From positions 71,858,001 to 71,922,000 of the forward strand of contig NC_043006.1 of NCBI RefSeq assembly GCF_006345805.1: DNA of 64,000 bases, given 5' to 3'. The notes under the pieces are model-generated. The model was not told where the DNA came from. It worked only from the letters and a program-made list of their open reading frames with translations, and searched no databases. Below, in pieces: positions 14,033-26,312 of the stretch; position 1 is the stretch's first letter, and every line of letters starts with the position of its first letter. Position numbers and translations under genes: made by a program. The DNA is from Octopus sinensis (taxonomy: Eukaryota).

Positions 14033-14566
14033 TTAAATAGTGCAAACCATTTTGCTTGACACTACTCATTCTGCCGATCACCTTTATATTTTTATAAGAT
14101 AGTCAAGATAGAACAGACAGTACTCATGTCCCTCACAGACCCTCTAAGACTGATGAGATTCATGCAGTTGAACATCAGCATGTAATTATCTACAAAAAGG
14201 GAAGCAGGTGTGTGGGCAAATACTTGCAACAGAGTGAAGTCTGCTAAAGACACTCAAGGATGCAATATCATTTAGCTGCAGGTCAGATCTGATCAAGCTG
14301 ATCTCTATGATTGATAAAAAGGAATCTCACCTTGCTTTTTATTTTTTTTTTCAAACATCATGTATCCAAAAAATCCTTTATTTATTTTTAAAGACAGTAA
14401 ATTATGATTTAAGAGAGATTTGACTGCTATTTCTAGAAAGTCAAGTGACCACATAAAGGATTCTCCATTAGTTATTACTGTTGTTTGGCCCCAGGTCAGC
14501 CTTGACTTAGTAGCATAACTGCCCTGACTATCCAGTATTTAACCTAGATCCACTGCATGCAGGAGT

Positions 14567-14723
14567 CAGGGCTGGCCCTAGGGTTGCTGGCACCCCAGGC
14601 AAGCTGAGCTTCAGTGTGTGCAAGCAGATAGTCATAGAAATTTCCTTGTCTTTTTCACGTCCTCCTTGGCAACAGGGCACCCTGGGCAACTGCCTGAGTT
14701 GCCAGTACTTTGAACCAGCTCTG
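14567..14723. mobile_element. hAT-type MITE
   Basis: TIR CAGGGCTGG / CCAGCTCTG; 8-bp TSD gcaggagt / acaggagt. Confidence 0.75.
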
Positions 14724-14991
14724 ACAGGAGTATACTATCCAAGACGGCCTTGTGTTGAGGAAGATTTGGTGACTATTATTTATAGCAAGTTATACAACTG
14801 ATAAGACCATATGAGGTCTACAAACTGATTTTATTTTTTACTTAGTCAGAAAGAAAGAGCAGCATCAATGTTCCTTTTCAGGGCCTCTTCAAATTGGTGG
14901 AAAAGAAAAAGGATGTTCTACCCAAACCAAAGAACCTAGGAGCCAGCTGGTGCATTAGTACTACAGCTCAAACTGATTGTAACTGAATATA

Positions 14992-15376
14992 TCTCTCTCT
15001 ATATAAACGGCAGTTTGTCTGTGTGTGTTTCTGTGTGTCTGTTTGGTTGTACCCTCACCCTGACCACTGCTTTCAACCGATTCTGATGAAACTTGACACA
15101 CACATAGCCCAATGTCATAATTCGAAACTAACGCAGCGAAAATTTTGAAAAGTTCCCCCAGTTCTGAAAAAAATCGATAAATTCGACATGGGGTTGAGAA
15201 TCAGAAACACAAACCACAGACTGTCTAGGGGACGCAACTCGACCTTTTTTAACTCTCAAAAAAATTTACCATAATTTTTTTTCCCATTTTTTTGCTATTT
15301 TTGGGCTATAACTCTCTAAAAATGCTTTATAGTTATTTCCCTTACAAACCTGAGCAACGCCGGGCGATACTGCTAG
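14992..15376 (+). mobile_element. Non-autonomous Helitron
   Basis: A|TC 5' end, internal (GT) runs, 3' hairpin CC(T)GAGCAACGCCGGG (15349-15364), then CTAG|T. Confidence 0.85.
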
Positions 15377-15450
15377 TTTTTGCATAAAAATAATATTCCT
15401 GAAAGTCCATATATCAAATGGTATACATTCACAAGTGTATCTACCCACTG

Positions 15451-16064
15451 ACTTTGTTTCCTCATAACTTCCAGAAAAATGGATATGTTTTAATGAAATT
15501 TTTTACAAATACGTTTCGTGAAAAAAATATTTCCGACGTAGGGAGAGGAGTTTCGGAAAATTCACACGAGTTGACTTTATTTCTTCATAACTTTCTATAA
15601 ATGAGTATTTTTAAATGAAATTTTGTACAAATACTTTTTAGATTGTGTAGACTACGATTATATTGAAATTTAGCATGGAATAAAAAAAAAAAACTGGCGG
15701 GCTTGCACACGTCATATGAAACTTGAAATTTCGAAAAAAATTGATGTGTATTAGTATGTATGTGTGTGTGCTCATCACTTTTCTTTTTTTTTTTTTTTTA
15801 CATTAAATTCCGATATATTCGTAAACTATTCACTCTGAAAGGTATTTTGTAGAAAATTTCATTTAAAAATACCCAATTTCTTAAAGTTATAAGGAAACAC
15901 AATCGACTCGTGTGAATTTTCCGAAACTTCTCTCCTAACCACTCGGAAAAAATTTTTTCACAACGAATTCCGAGATAAAAGGAATGTACACCAACCGAAG
16001 CGTATTTGAAAAAAAGTTTTATTGATAGATACCCATTTTTCTGGAAGTTATGAGGAAATAAAGT
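15451..16064. repeat. Long inverted repeat with modular subrepeats (arms 15451-15675 and 15800-16064)
   Basis: Shared TTTCCTCATAACTTCCAGAAAAATGG and GTTTCGGAAAATTCACACGAGT blocks in opposite orientation. Confidence 0.7.
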
Positions 16065-16683
16065 GGGAGGGGGAATTTGTGTAGGTATGCCCTTTAAATA
16101 TAAGAGAATAAGTATAAAAAAAAAAGATGAAAATTGGACGGGAACAGAATTGGTGTCGAAAAACCGGCGGAATTTAGGAAAAATGACCCACATACCACGA
16201 GGAGAAAGTTACTTTTTGCTTTTATTTTAAGTAGCGAGTATTATTACAGGCAACAGTAATTATGATTAAATTTTTTTTTTTTTTTTTCCAAAAATTTTAA
16301 TTATTTATATATTTTCTCCTCCGTCGGTTATCTCTTTCTACCTCTGAAATATGGGACATCTATTCTGAAAGCCACTTAAATACCCTTGGTTACACAGGTA
16401 AATAAACACGGAATGTGTTGTGTACGCCCACCACCACAGCGAAACGGCACACCCACACAAAACATTTCTAGTGTTACTACCACGTGCAAAACATGGAAAT
16501 ACTTTTTAAAAATATCTAAAGTTATGTTAAGGTTTTCACAAGATGGAAAACTTTCAACAAATGAAACATTAAGAAGGCAGAAGAGAACTTAGCATTTGAA
16601 TGCATGGAAGGCGGATACTATGTATAGCGAAAAATAGCAAATGTTTATCAACAAGAATGTAAACAAAACAACGAAATACTTAC

Positions 16684-16905
16684 AGACAGAACATAAATGA
16701 AGGTTCATATGAGCTCAAGATGTGTGAACAGACAAAGTAGTCTTAATTTTAATTCAGCTGCCAATATAAGATGATCATGTAGTTTTTTTGCAGTAGTATT
16801 TAATGAAGTTCCCTTGGGATCTTAGTTAATAATAGCCTAAAATAAGGTCCGATGTGTTTTTAACTTCAGCAAACAGAGTAGAGGACAGATAAGGGAGATA
16901 ACTAC
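16684..16905 (-). promoter_or_regulatory. First-exon cassette copy 2
   Basis: AGTTATCTCCCTT ... GATCCCAAGGGAACTT ... CT|GTAAGTATTT (donor 16683-16678). The intron-side homology to copies 3 and 4 continues about 100 nt. Confidence 0.5.
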
Positions 16906-16924
16906 AAGGTACTGCGTGGACAAC

Positions 16925-17345
16925 ACTAATTTTATCATCACTGCCGTCACAGCCAACGTCTGCATCGAAATCTCCTTGTAGGACAAATGGCTAGGTCTTA
17001 ACTACATCTAAAACTGCAGTAACTTCGTCAAGGAAGGATTTGTATTTGGTGTATATATCTGCAAGAACCACAGCGGGCCTTCTTTCAGCTTAAGCTGAAA
17101 TCCACTCCATAACACAATCCGACAGCCGAGTGCTTGTGCTTAGCTATGCAAACATAGTTGGCACCACACCTGCATAGATTAGTTTGCAACCTCCACCAAA
17201 ATCTACGGTACTTGAACCACTGAACCTTGTAGAGGAGACACTGATTATATCTAACCAGTAGCGTTTGGCTTTCTCCATTAGTTCCCGCTCTTTACCCGTA
17301 AGAGTTGTGACATTCCAAATCCCAATCACTAACAGTTGTTCCCTC
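16925..17345 (-). mobile_element. RTE LINE apurinic-endonuclease relic (Rex3/Expander-like)
   Basis: IGIWNVTTLTGKERELMEKAKRYWLDIISVSST, LQIYTPN and QGDFDADVG motifs, with stops and frameshifts. Confidence 0.85.
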
Positions 17346-17589
17346 CTGAACTCACTTCGGGGGGGGGGGGACACGCATTCTTTGTGTTCCCACTCCACGC
17401 CTCCCAGAACAAGTTGCAAACTTATTGTTGGTTGTACTGGCATTGGGAGAAGACTACAATATATTTTTGGAACTGACCTCTGTAGCTAAGGTCCGAATGC
17501 AACCCTCGCTAAACTGCGCGACGGACGGTGCAGTATGATTATTCTTTCGAACCCTTTTCATATTGCAGTTTTTCGTGGTCTTACCCCAG

Positions 17590-18290
17590 GCACCAAACTG
17601 GTATTTCTGTTGAACTTGCTGCTGAGTGCTTTAAAACAAGGATGAGAATTAGTAATGCAAAGATTGAGACATTGGTCCTAAGAAAGTCTTCCCAGTACGC
17701 CCTACATATTAATAGAAAATCACTGAAGCAATTGTTTAAGCGAAGAGATTTAAGTATCACGGAACCGTGTTCAAGTGTGATTGGAAGCAGGATATTGAAT
17801 TAGATGCAGGTGCTGGCACAATAACGCACCAGTTTCAGAATTCAATCAATAGGAGAGAGATTGATAATAATAATAATAATAATAATAACTTATCTTCGAA
17901 TTGGTTTTCGTATCTAACCTCACCTACGGTTATAAATGTTGGGTAATGACTGAGAGAGTACGATCGCGAATACAGGTGGCAGAAATAGGATTTCTCTAAA
18001 TAATCTCTGAGAAACGTTATTCAACAGGGTACGAAGCTTGGCGGTCAGGGATTCTCCCCAGATGGTGTCGCTATTTCTCTGCTTTGAGAGGCCACAGCTC
18101 CGGTGCTAAGAACGTATGATTAGAATGTTGCAAGACAGATTCTTCAAGCAGATCCAACCAGTGGGAGACCTAGGGACAAACCAAGAACAAGACGGTTGGA
18201 TAACATCCATAGTCTTAGTTGGTCGCGCTTGGGAGTTAAACTAGAAAGTGTAATGACAGTTGCATCTGATAGGTCCCGACGGAGGGTGGA
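17590..18290 (+). mobile_element. RTE LINE RT-thumb and C-terminal relic (Rex3/Expander-like)
   Basis: AAEC..MRISNAKIE, RFKYHG, VFVSNLTYGYKCWVMTERVRSRIQVAEIGFL, FERPQLR and GRPRDKPRTRRLDNIHSLSWSRLG. An (AAT)n tract interrupts at about 17864-17888. Confidence 0.85.
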
Positions 18291-21200
18291 GAAAATGGGT
18301 GGGTGGTTGGATGCTGTCAAAGCTATCAACTTTCCACCAATAGGTATGCTAGACAGTTATTTGGCAGCATCATGTGTCAAGAAGCCCAATGTTAATCTCT
18401 ATATACTCTGGTTGTGTAGGGAGAGGCCACAGTGCATTGCTTTGCCCGGTGCCTATAATACTGTTAAGATGGCTCTGCCAGGAAGTCTGCAGAAACAGTA
18501 CAGAAACTTTTGAGTTGTGTTCAGAATTTTAAAAGGCAGCAGTGTATTATTACTCAGTTTCGTGTATCTTTCAAAACAGAGGTGAAATTGAGAAAATGAG
18601 CTTATTAGTAAAATCGGTATCTTGAGAAGTTTCCAAAGCTTGGGATCCGAAGAAAAATTCAAATATATAAAGATCTTTGGTAGTGAAAAGGTTGGAAACC
18701 GCTGCTCTTTGTGAAAGCTCCACCAGCTACTAATAGCAGTCAAATATTCCCTTAAAAACAAACAAAAAAAATTTAGGACATTGTATAAAGTTGTCCTAGA
18801 AACACTATTAGCAATTAAGACGGTATAATCATGGCTGGAATGCCTTTGAGCATAGCTCTGCTTGACTGGGGCTGATCTGGAGCTAAACAGGAATAACTCT
18901 CCTTCATCAATGTTGATAAATGGCAGAAGACTTAAAACCTTTGACAAAATACTGTGTAGCATTTAGATCAGTGTTTCCCAACCTATTTTCCCCCAGGCCC
19001 CACTAAAACTTCCCAGAAAAATTTATGCCCCACAGGTAATTGGAAAATTTTTAATTTTTAATATTTTACCACAATTATTTAATACAAAAGAATCTACAAG
19101 TAACTCTTTTATTAAGTACTGAGTACGAAAAGAAGTACATTATTGATTAAGAAAAAAAGTGAATCACTTTAATAAGAACCTTGTGCTTGGCAACTACAGC
19201 TTCACGCCCCACCACATTTTCCCAGGCTCCATCGGTGGGGCATATACCCCACGTTCGGAATCAGTGAGTTCAAATCTTCGAAGCCAACTTAGTCTTTTAT
19301 CCTTCTGCGATCAATAAACAAAAGCACCAGTCAAGTATTGGAAACAGTTTACATTATTAAAATGAATCTTAGGAATGAATAGAATTACTAATAGATTTTC
19401 ACAGTCTCACTGTGCAGCACCTTTAGCAAGTATTTTCTACAATAGCCTCATAGCCTCGGGCTGAATCATGCCTCGTGATTGAATTTGGTTGAGAGAAACC
19501 TTGAAAGCTCGTCACACACACATGTATGTGTGTGCGTTAGTTTCCCACAATGGCTTGACAACCGGTATTAGTTTGTTTACCTCCACGTAATTTAGCGGTA
19601 CTGTGAAAGTGGCCAATAGAATAAGTACCAGACTTGGAAAAGCAAAATTCCCTAACATGTAAGTACCGGGGTCAATTTCTTCGACACCTTTCAACGCGGT
19701 GCTCCAGCGTGGCCAATTCAGTGAACTGAAATAAGTAAAGAATAAAAAGAAAGGTAAAAAAGATGTCGTGTTTCAGTGGAAGTTGTTACATGGTCGCTCC
19801 TAGTTGCCAATCTCTCCCGTGTCGTAATCTCAGACATCCACAAAAGATGGGATGGCCAAGGATGGAACATCTCTGACTATTTAAAAACAACAGCCAAATT
19901 TACTTCAATTAACACCCTTCCGTCTATGTTCCCTCTGTGGGTGTATGCAAAAAATTTCTAGTAAGCAAATGTTGTGTTCCTTTGCAAAGTATGTGCATAC
20001 CCATGTGAGTAACCATCACTCAAATTTCTTAAATAAAATTTTAAAAAGTACAATTTCATCTTGAAAACCCATATACGCGCATTTTTTTCGCTCCAGGTTG
20101 TAAAATGTGAGACGCGCCCACCTTAAAAGGAACACTGCCTACCCTCTTTAAAAAGGGAGGATAAGCTAGATAATGTAGACTTGGATACATCTCCTGAATA
20201 AATGGTGTGATGGTCACGGTTAGAAGATCTTTGAATATAAATTTGCTTTCTCAGGATGCTTGGGGACTAAACATCATTATCACCACCACCGTCAACAAAT
20301 TACGACGAAGCCTCTATGTGGTCACTAAAATGATTAGAATTAGCAATCAAGGGCACATTGGACAATGAGATTTTTTTAAAATACGTGATGGTCATGGCTG
20401 GGATACCTTTGATCACGTGTCTGTTCAGTCAGTCGACCTAGAAATAAATAACTTGTAAGAAAAATATGATTTGAAGAATCACACACGTGTTACGACGAAA
20501 AAAAGGTCCTCGAGATTAAATTCTTAATTCAGAATTACAATTAAATAATGTTAATTTTTTTTCTTTTTGCTACCCACTATATAATTTTAGCGACAATATA
20601 TGGTAAATGTAGCAGAGTTGTGATGATATTTCTCTGGATAATATCTTAAATGATTATTGAGAAGATGACCGGCACAAGAATTTATACGTTATGTATTGGT
20701 CGTTGGTCAATGGGCCGCTTTGCGTGGCGTATGAATTCATATGTTAAAAGATACCAAATTAATGAACAACAGACTTAAGATTGAATGTGTTCTAACAGTA
20801 CCAATACTACTTTTCATTTTTCCAAACATAATGTAACTGCAACTACATTATTGAATATGTATTTGTTGTTGTTGTTTAATCCCAAATCGATAAAACCGAA
20901 CCAGATTGATATGAAAATGGGGGTCGATATGATCGATTAAATTCTCTTGAAGGCAGTGCTCCAGCATGGCCACCATCCAATGAATAAAACAAGTAGAAAA
21001 GTCAAAGACGATACTGTAACAACCGCTATTGTTTTATTCCGGCAGTCCTTCGATATAGCTCGACAAGGCCGAGACATTTCACTTGAGGTATCTCCGTGAA
21101 TTGTGGAGTATAGATATAACGAAATTATGCCAGCAATGTCTCATTTTAAACTTGAATGCAAAATCCGCAAATTTCCAAGCAGAAAACAGAATCGAACTGC

Positions 21201-21486
21201 CATTTGCTTCCACAGAAATACCCGAAGTGAAGTGTTTTGATTTTGTCGAGTTATATCGAAAGAATGCCTTTATTCCTTAACAATGGAGACGTTTTGTAGC
21301 CCAATAGGGTTTATTAGCTTGCTGTGCTGGGATCAAACAATTTTTCACTTTCAATACACGACTTCAGATCAAACCACTTGTTAATAAAATACAACTCCCA
21401 ACTATTGTTTTTTTTTTCTCACCCCACTCTTTTTACCCCCACAAATGGTTTCAATAGAGTTTTTGCAGAAAGATTTGAAAAAAAAG

Positions 21487-21928
21487 AAAGTTCGGGGCTA
21501 ATGCAGGATCATACCCCTCCTTGAAAACTGCATAAAAAAAAAAAAAAAATCGGATTCCTACTTCTTAAATGCCGGGGATTACGAATATACAAAAAAAAAT
21601 ACACCTTTTGAAATTCCCCCCTCCCCCTAATTAAAATATTTGAACTATTTTTCAAATTTTTTTTAAAAACCTCCTTTTCCAAATATAAAATCTCACACCT
21701 TAACTTCCCCTTCCCCTATATTTAAAATTTTTCAAATCTCACCCCGTCTCTCCGATGGACCTGGTGCACAGTTACCCCCACCCCTAAAAAAACAGACCTT
21801 TCCGATTTTTTTTTTCAGTGGATTCCTATGGTTTTGATGACGGAGATTCTAAATGTGCATAAAATCACGTTATCAAAATTTAAAATTCAGTAAGCATATA
21901 GATATGTGTATAAAGAGACGTATGTATG

Positions 21929-21972
<44 letters not shown>

Positions 21973-22463
21973 TATACAGATAGATAGGTGGACATGGATA
22001 AACGTATAGGCATAAATAGACAGACTAATAAATAAATGATTAAAAAAGTTCAAAATTTAAAATTGAGGGAGAGGGTGAAATTTGAGCCCTTATTAAACTT
22101 TATAACATTAATTATTAAACATTAATGTTTGTTTCTCATAAAATGGTATATATTTAATTTACATTTAATTATTATTTACGATTATTTAAGGTACAACACA
22201 AGTAAAATGCAAATAATTTTCACTTTAATGTTTTTGTCTATATCTAATTTCGATTTGCTTATGCTCGTCAATTCGTTAAAATCTCTTTAAAGTAAACAAA
22301 ATCAAAATTTTAAATCAGGGAGGGGGGGTGAAATTTGAAAAACTATTTTTTTTTTTGCATATTCGTAACCTCTGACATCTAAAATAGGAATCTGAAGGAA
22401 TTTTTTGTTTTTAAATGCATTTTTCAAAGAGAGGTGCGATTCTGCATTAGCCTCGAAAGTTCT
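21487..22463. repeat. Inverted repeat (arms about 21487-21642 and 22301-22463)
   Basis: GGCTAATGCAG..TTACGAATAT..AAATT(T)C(A)CCCCCCTCCC occurs in both orientations. Confidence 0.65.
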
Positions 22464-22623
22464 TTGGTAATTTTCTTCAAATAAATAATGTTTATGATAA
22501 TTTAACAATTTGCCAGCAGAATCTTATAAAATGACAATGTTCTTAAAAGATGTACATTTAGATGGAAATAAAATTATTAGAAACATTTCAAAAAACAAAA
22601 AAGAAAGATTACAATTATGTTTT

Positions 22624-23013
22624 TTATTCTTTTACTTGTTTCAGTCATTTGACTGCGACCATGCTGGAGCACCGCCTTTAGTTGAGCAAATAGATCCCAG
22701 AGCTTATTCTTTGTAAGCCTAGTACTTATTCTATCGGGGTCTTAGACTGAACCGCTAAGTTACGGGGACGTAAACACACCAGCATCGGTTGTCAATGTTG
22801 GGGGGACAAACACAGATGCACAAATATTTACACACACATACATACACATACGACGGGCTTCTTCCAGTTTCCGTCTTCCAAATCCACTCACAAGGCTTTG
22901 GTCGGTCCAAGGCTATAGTAGAAGACACTTGCCCAAGGTGCCACACAGTGAGGCTGAACCCAAGACCATGTGGTCGGTAAGCAAGCTACTTACCACACAG
23001 CCACTCCTGCACC
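22624..23013 (-). mobile_element. Full-length tRNA-derived SINE (family A)
   Basis: Reverse-complement copy of the 54526-54887 element. Confidence 0.85.
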
Positions 23014-26000
23014 TATGTTGATAAATATCTTTCAAAAGTGATCAAAGGAAATAATTCAAATGGTCTATACCATGAATTTTCATAATTCAAGTAGGTGGTG
23101 ATGTATTGAATGGCACACACAATAAATTCTTGGTGAATTGAAATTTGTCTTTTAGTTTGAGAATGAAAACAAAATCTCAATGGCAACTGTTAGAGACTGT
23201 CAAATAAAATAGGAGATAATTTTTAAAAATTAGAATTTCATTTCACAGAAAACTGGATTTTTATACTCAGTAGAAAGAATATAATCTTTCTTATCAGGCA
23301 ATGTGACAGCTACATGTTTCAGACTTCATCAGTGAAGAAGTATCTTCTTAAACCAGCTTTAATTAGGGGACAGAGATTTTTACAAGTACAAAAAGAGTTA
23401 GCCAGAATTTCAGGTAATGGATATGTAGCAAACAGTCACCAAATACCTAAGCCAAGATTTGAAATCGAATCCACATTTAACAATCTATTATTTTAGCCTG
23501 TTGCTCTAAGAATTTTATGAGAATAAGCTAACCTTTTTTAAGGCATTCATCAGACAAAGCTGATTAGAGAGGAGACATCCTTTGTTTTTACCTGACCTAA
23601 TTTAGTTATGAAGTATATAAATATGTGAAGACAAATAGCTTTATTTCTCTTTGGGTCAACCATCTTTGGTCAAAGAGCAACTTTTTCAGTATGCTGATCA
23701 ATGTACGATAGTAGATTTATCATCCTCTCTACTAACCTAGACTATTATTCTGTCTCTCTTTAGTATTAACTCACAGACGAAGCTAGTTACCATACACAAT
23801 GGACATAGAACTAAAGGCAATTTATTTACTACAACAACAAACAAGCTGTGTACACAAACTAAAAAGCTGTATTTTCCATATTGTAATGACTAATATAATA
23901 ATTATCTAAATAAATGATCATCATAACAAACCAATTAATAATATTCATCTTCATTCATTCATTTATATGATGCAACATTGTCATTACAAACTGATGACTG
24001 ATTATCATATTTTTGTTACAGATATTACATAATTAGAGAGATAACAGAATTTTTGTAATTATGCCAATTTTACTAGCCAAAATTCTTCATAATACCTTTT
24101 TTTCAACAGGCAAGTACTATGTTACCAAAGAGCTGCTTCACAAAAATCCTGCTGTAACAAGGAGTCTCCTAACACAAAATGCATTTTTCTGTTGACTTCC
24201 ATGTAACACAGGGAAAAATGTGTTGCATTATGGAACTTTGTCAGAACAAGATATTTCAGGCATGCAACACTTTCATAACACAAGGATGTCTACTCCTGTA
24301 AAATCACTGATCAATATAGGTTTTAAGAAAACTATTCTTTACAGATGAAATCATAACAGGACTCTAGCATGTTCACAGCTGTCACCTTACCTGAAATCAC
24401 TAGGTTTTTCCTTAAACTTAAAAATATAATTTTCTGTGAAATTTATTCTTGTTTTTGCTTTTTAAATATTCCCTCTTTGTTTTATTTCAGTTCCAGTTAT
24501 AATTGCCATTAGGTATTTGTTTTCTTTTTCCAAATAATTCATTGAGAATGTTTTAAATATATCACTCAGTGCCATCACCACCTACCAAAATATCTTCTCT
24601 CAGATCAAACAGTTTATAATTGAAAATGGTACAGAGAACTAACTACATGTCCGTTTGAGCAGTGGATAAATTGATTTGTGGTAATGGTTCTGGTACTCTG
24701 CACTCTGAATTCAAATCTCACCAAGGTCAACTTTGTCTATCATCATTTCAGAGTTGATAGAATAATGTGCAAGTCCTGTACTAGGGTTGAATCTTCCATT
24801 TCCATCATTCTATCTGTTTCTCTTTCTGGAAGAAATCAGCAATGGTCAGACCTAGAGAAAAATAGACTCTATCAGGTCTAAAACTAGCCATGATATGCTG
24901 TATGTCATGATAGGGATCAGGACCCTATAACTCTATCAAGAAATAGAGGGCTGATAGCAAGGCAAGGATTTTTTTTACTACTCACTGAATTTGTTAATCA
25001 TTTAGCTATTATATACCATAGCTCTGTAAAGTTCTCCATCCTAAAAATTGTTAAATATTATCTTCTTGAAAGTAACCTATACTTAGCAAGCTTCACACAT
25101 TTCATTAGGCTTAGTGCCAAAAGATAAAAAAAAATAAAATAAAACTAAGGACTGATTATTTATTGGAAGAAAAGTATTTCCATTCAATACAAATGCATAA
25201 TTTTATAATCACTTTATCTATACTGTTTATCTGTGTGAAAACTTAACATATTGTTATGGATTTATTATTCAATAAGAAACAATTTCATTGGTGAGTAGTA
25301 TAACATCCCATGCTGTATATTGGTCACTGGAACTATGTACATTGTATGAATTTACTTAATGAAACATGTTCCCAAATGAGGATTAAAAGCAGACAACAGC
25401 TGGCTCTCACTGAACTTATTGAATTATCAAAACACCATTAATGCTAGACCATTTATTGAATAACTATAAAAAGTAATTTGCTTGAAATCACTGCTGTCAT
25501 GTTGGGATATCACATCAGACAACCGGTGCAGGGAGCAGGATATCAAATTGACGGCAAACAATTTTGATTGGTTATAAGGAGGACACAAGTATTACAATAA
25601 CTCAGTTTACCAGCTAGTATGAATAAATAGATATCCACACTTTTAAACAAATACTATATTTTGTGCTTATTGAAAACTAGCATTATTTGTGGAAAATTAA
25701 TATAAAATCTAGAATTTTGATCAGCTCCTTGCTGATGCATTGTCAAACTTTTAAATTGTAAGAGACTGGCAGTAACTCTACAGGCAAACTTGGCATAGAG
25801 TGAAAACTGTTACAGACACCCTTCCTTTCCTCAAATGTAAGCATTAAGAACTGAAACAGGATTTGTAGGGTTGTTAGATTGTTGGATAAAATACATTGGG
25901 GGTATTTGTTCTGACTCAGCATTTTGAGTTTGGAGCAGATTCAAAACCAAATTGCCAAATTGCTGAGCAAAATGGCATGGTTTAGTCACAGTCATTTCAC

Positions 26001-26171
26001 ATGATCAGCTGATTAACTGAGCCGTCATATGTGATTTTCTAGAACCTTTCTAACAAAGCTTATAAAAAGACGAATTTTTGGTGCTACACTTCAGAATGTT
26101 GGAGACTGCCACTGTGATATTACATTCTCGTTTTTCAGTCAGAGCAGAAACAGCATGCAACATGTTTTAAG

Positions 26172-26312
26172 GCGGCAAGCTGGCAGAAACAGCACGCCGG
26201 GCGAAATGTTTAGTGGTATTTCATCTGCCGTTATGTTCTGAGTTCAAATTCCGCCGAGGTCGACTTTGCCTTTCATCCTTTCAGAGTCGATAAATTAAGT
26301 ACCAGTTATGCA
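26172..26312 (+). mobile_element. tRNA-derived SINE (family B)
   Basis: GGCGGCAAGCTGGCAGAA head, GAGTTCAAATTCC B-box, GTCGACTTTGCCTTTCATCC..GTCGATAAATTAAGTACCAG. Decayed relatives are dispersed in the window. Confidence 0.75.

Noticed and set aside
25300-26160. Possible decayed hAT-like transposase (IGGICSDSA)
   Set aside because: Only one weak motif, many stops and no termini; not supportable.
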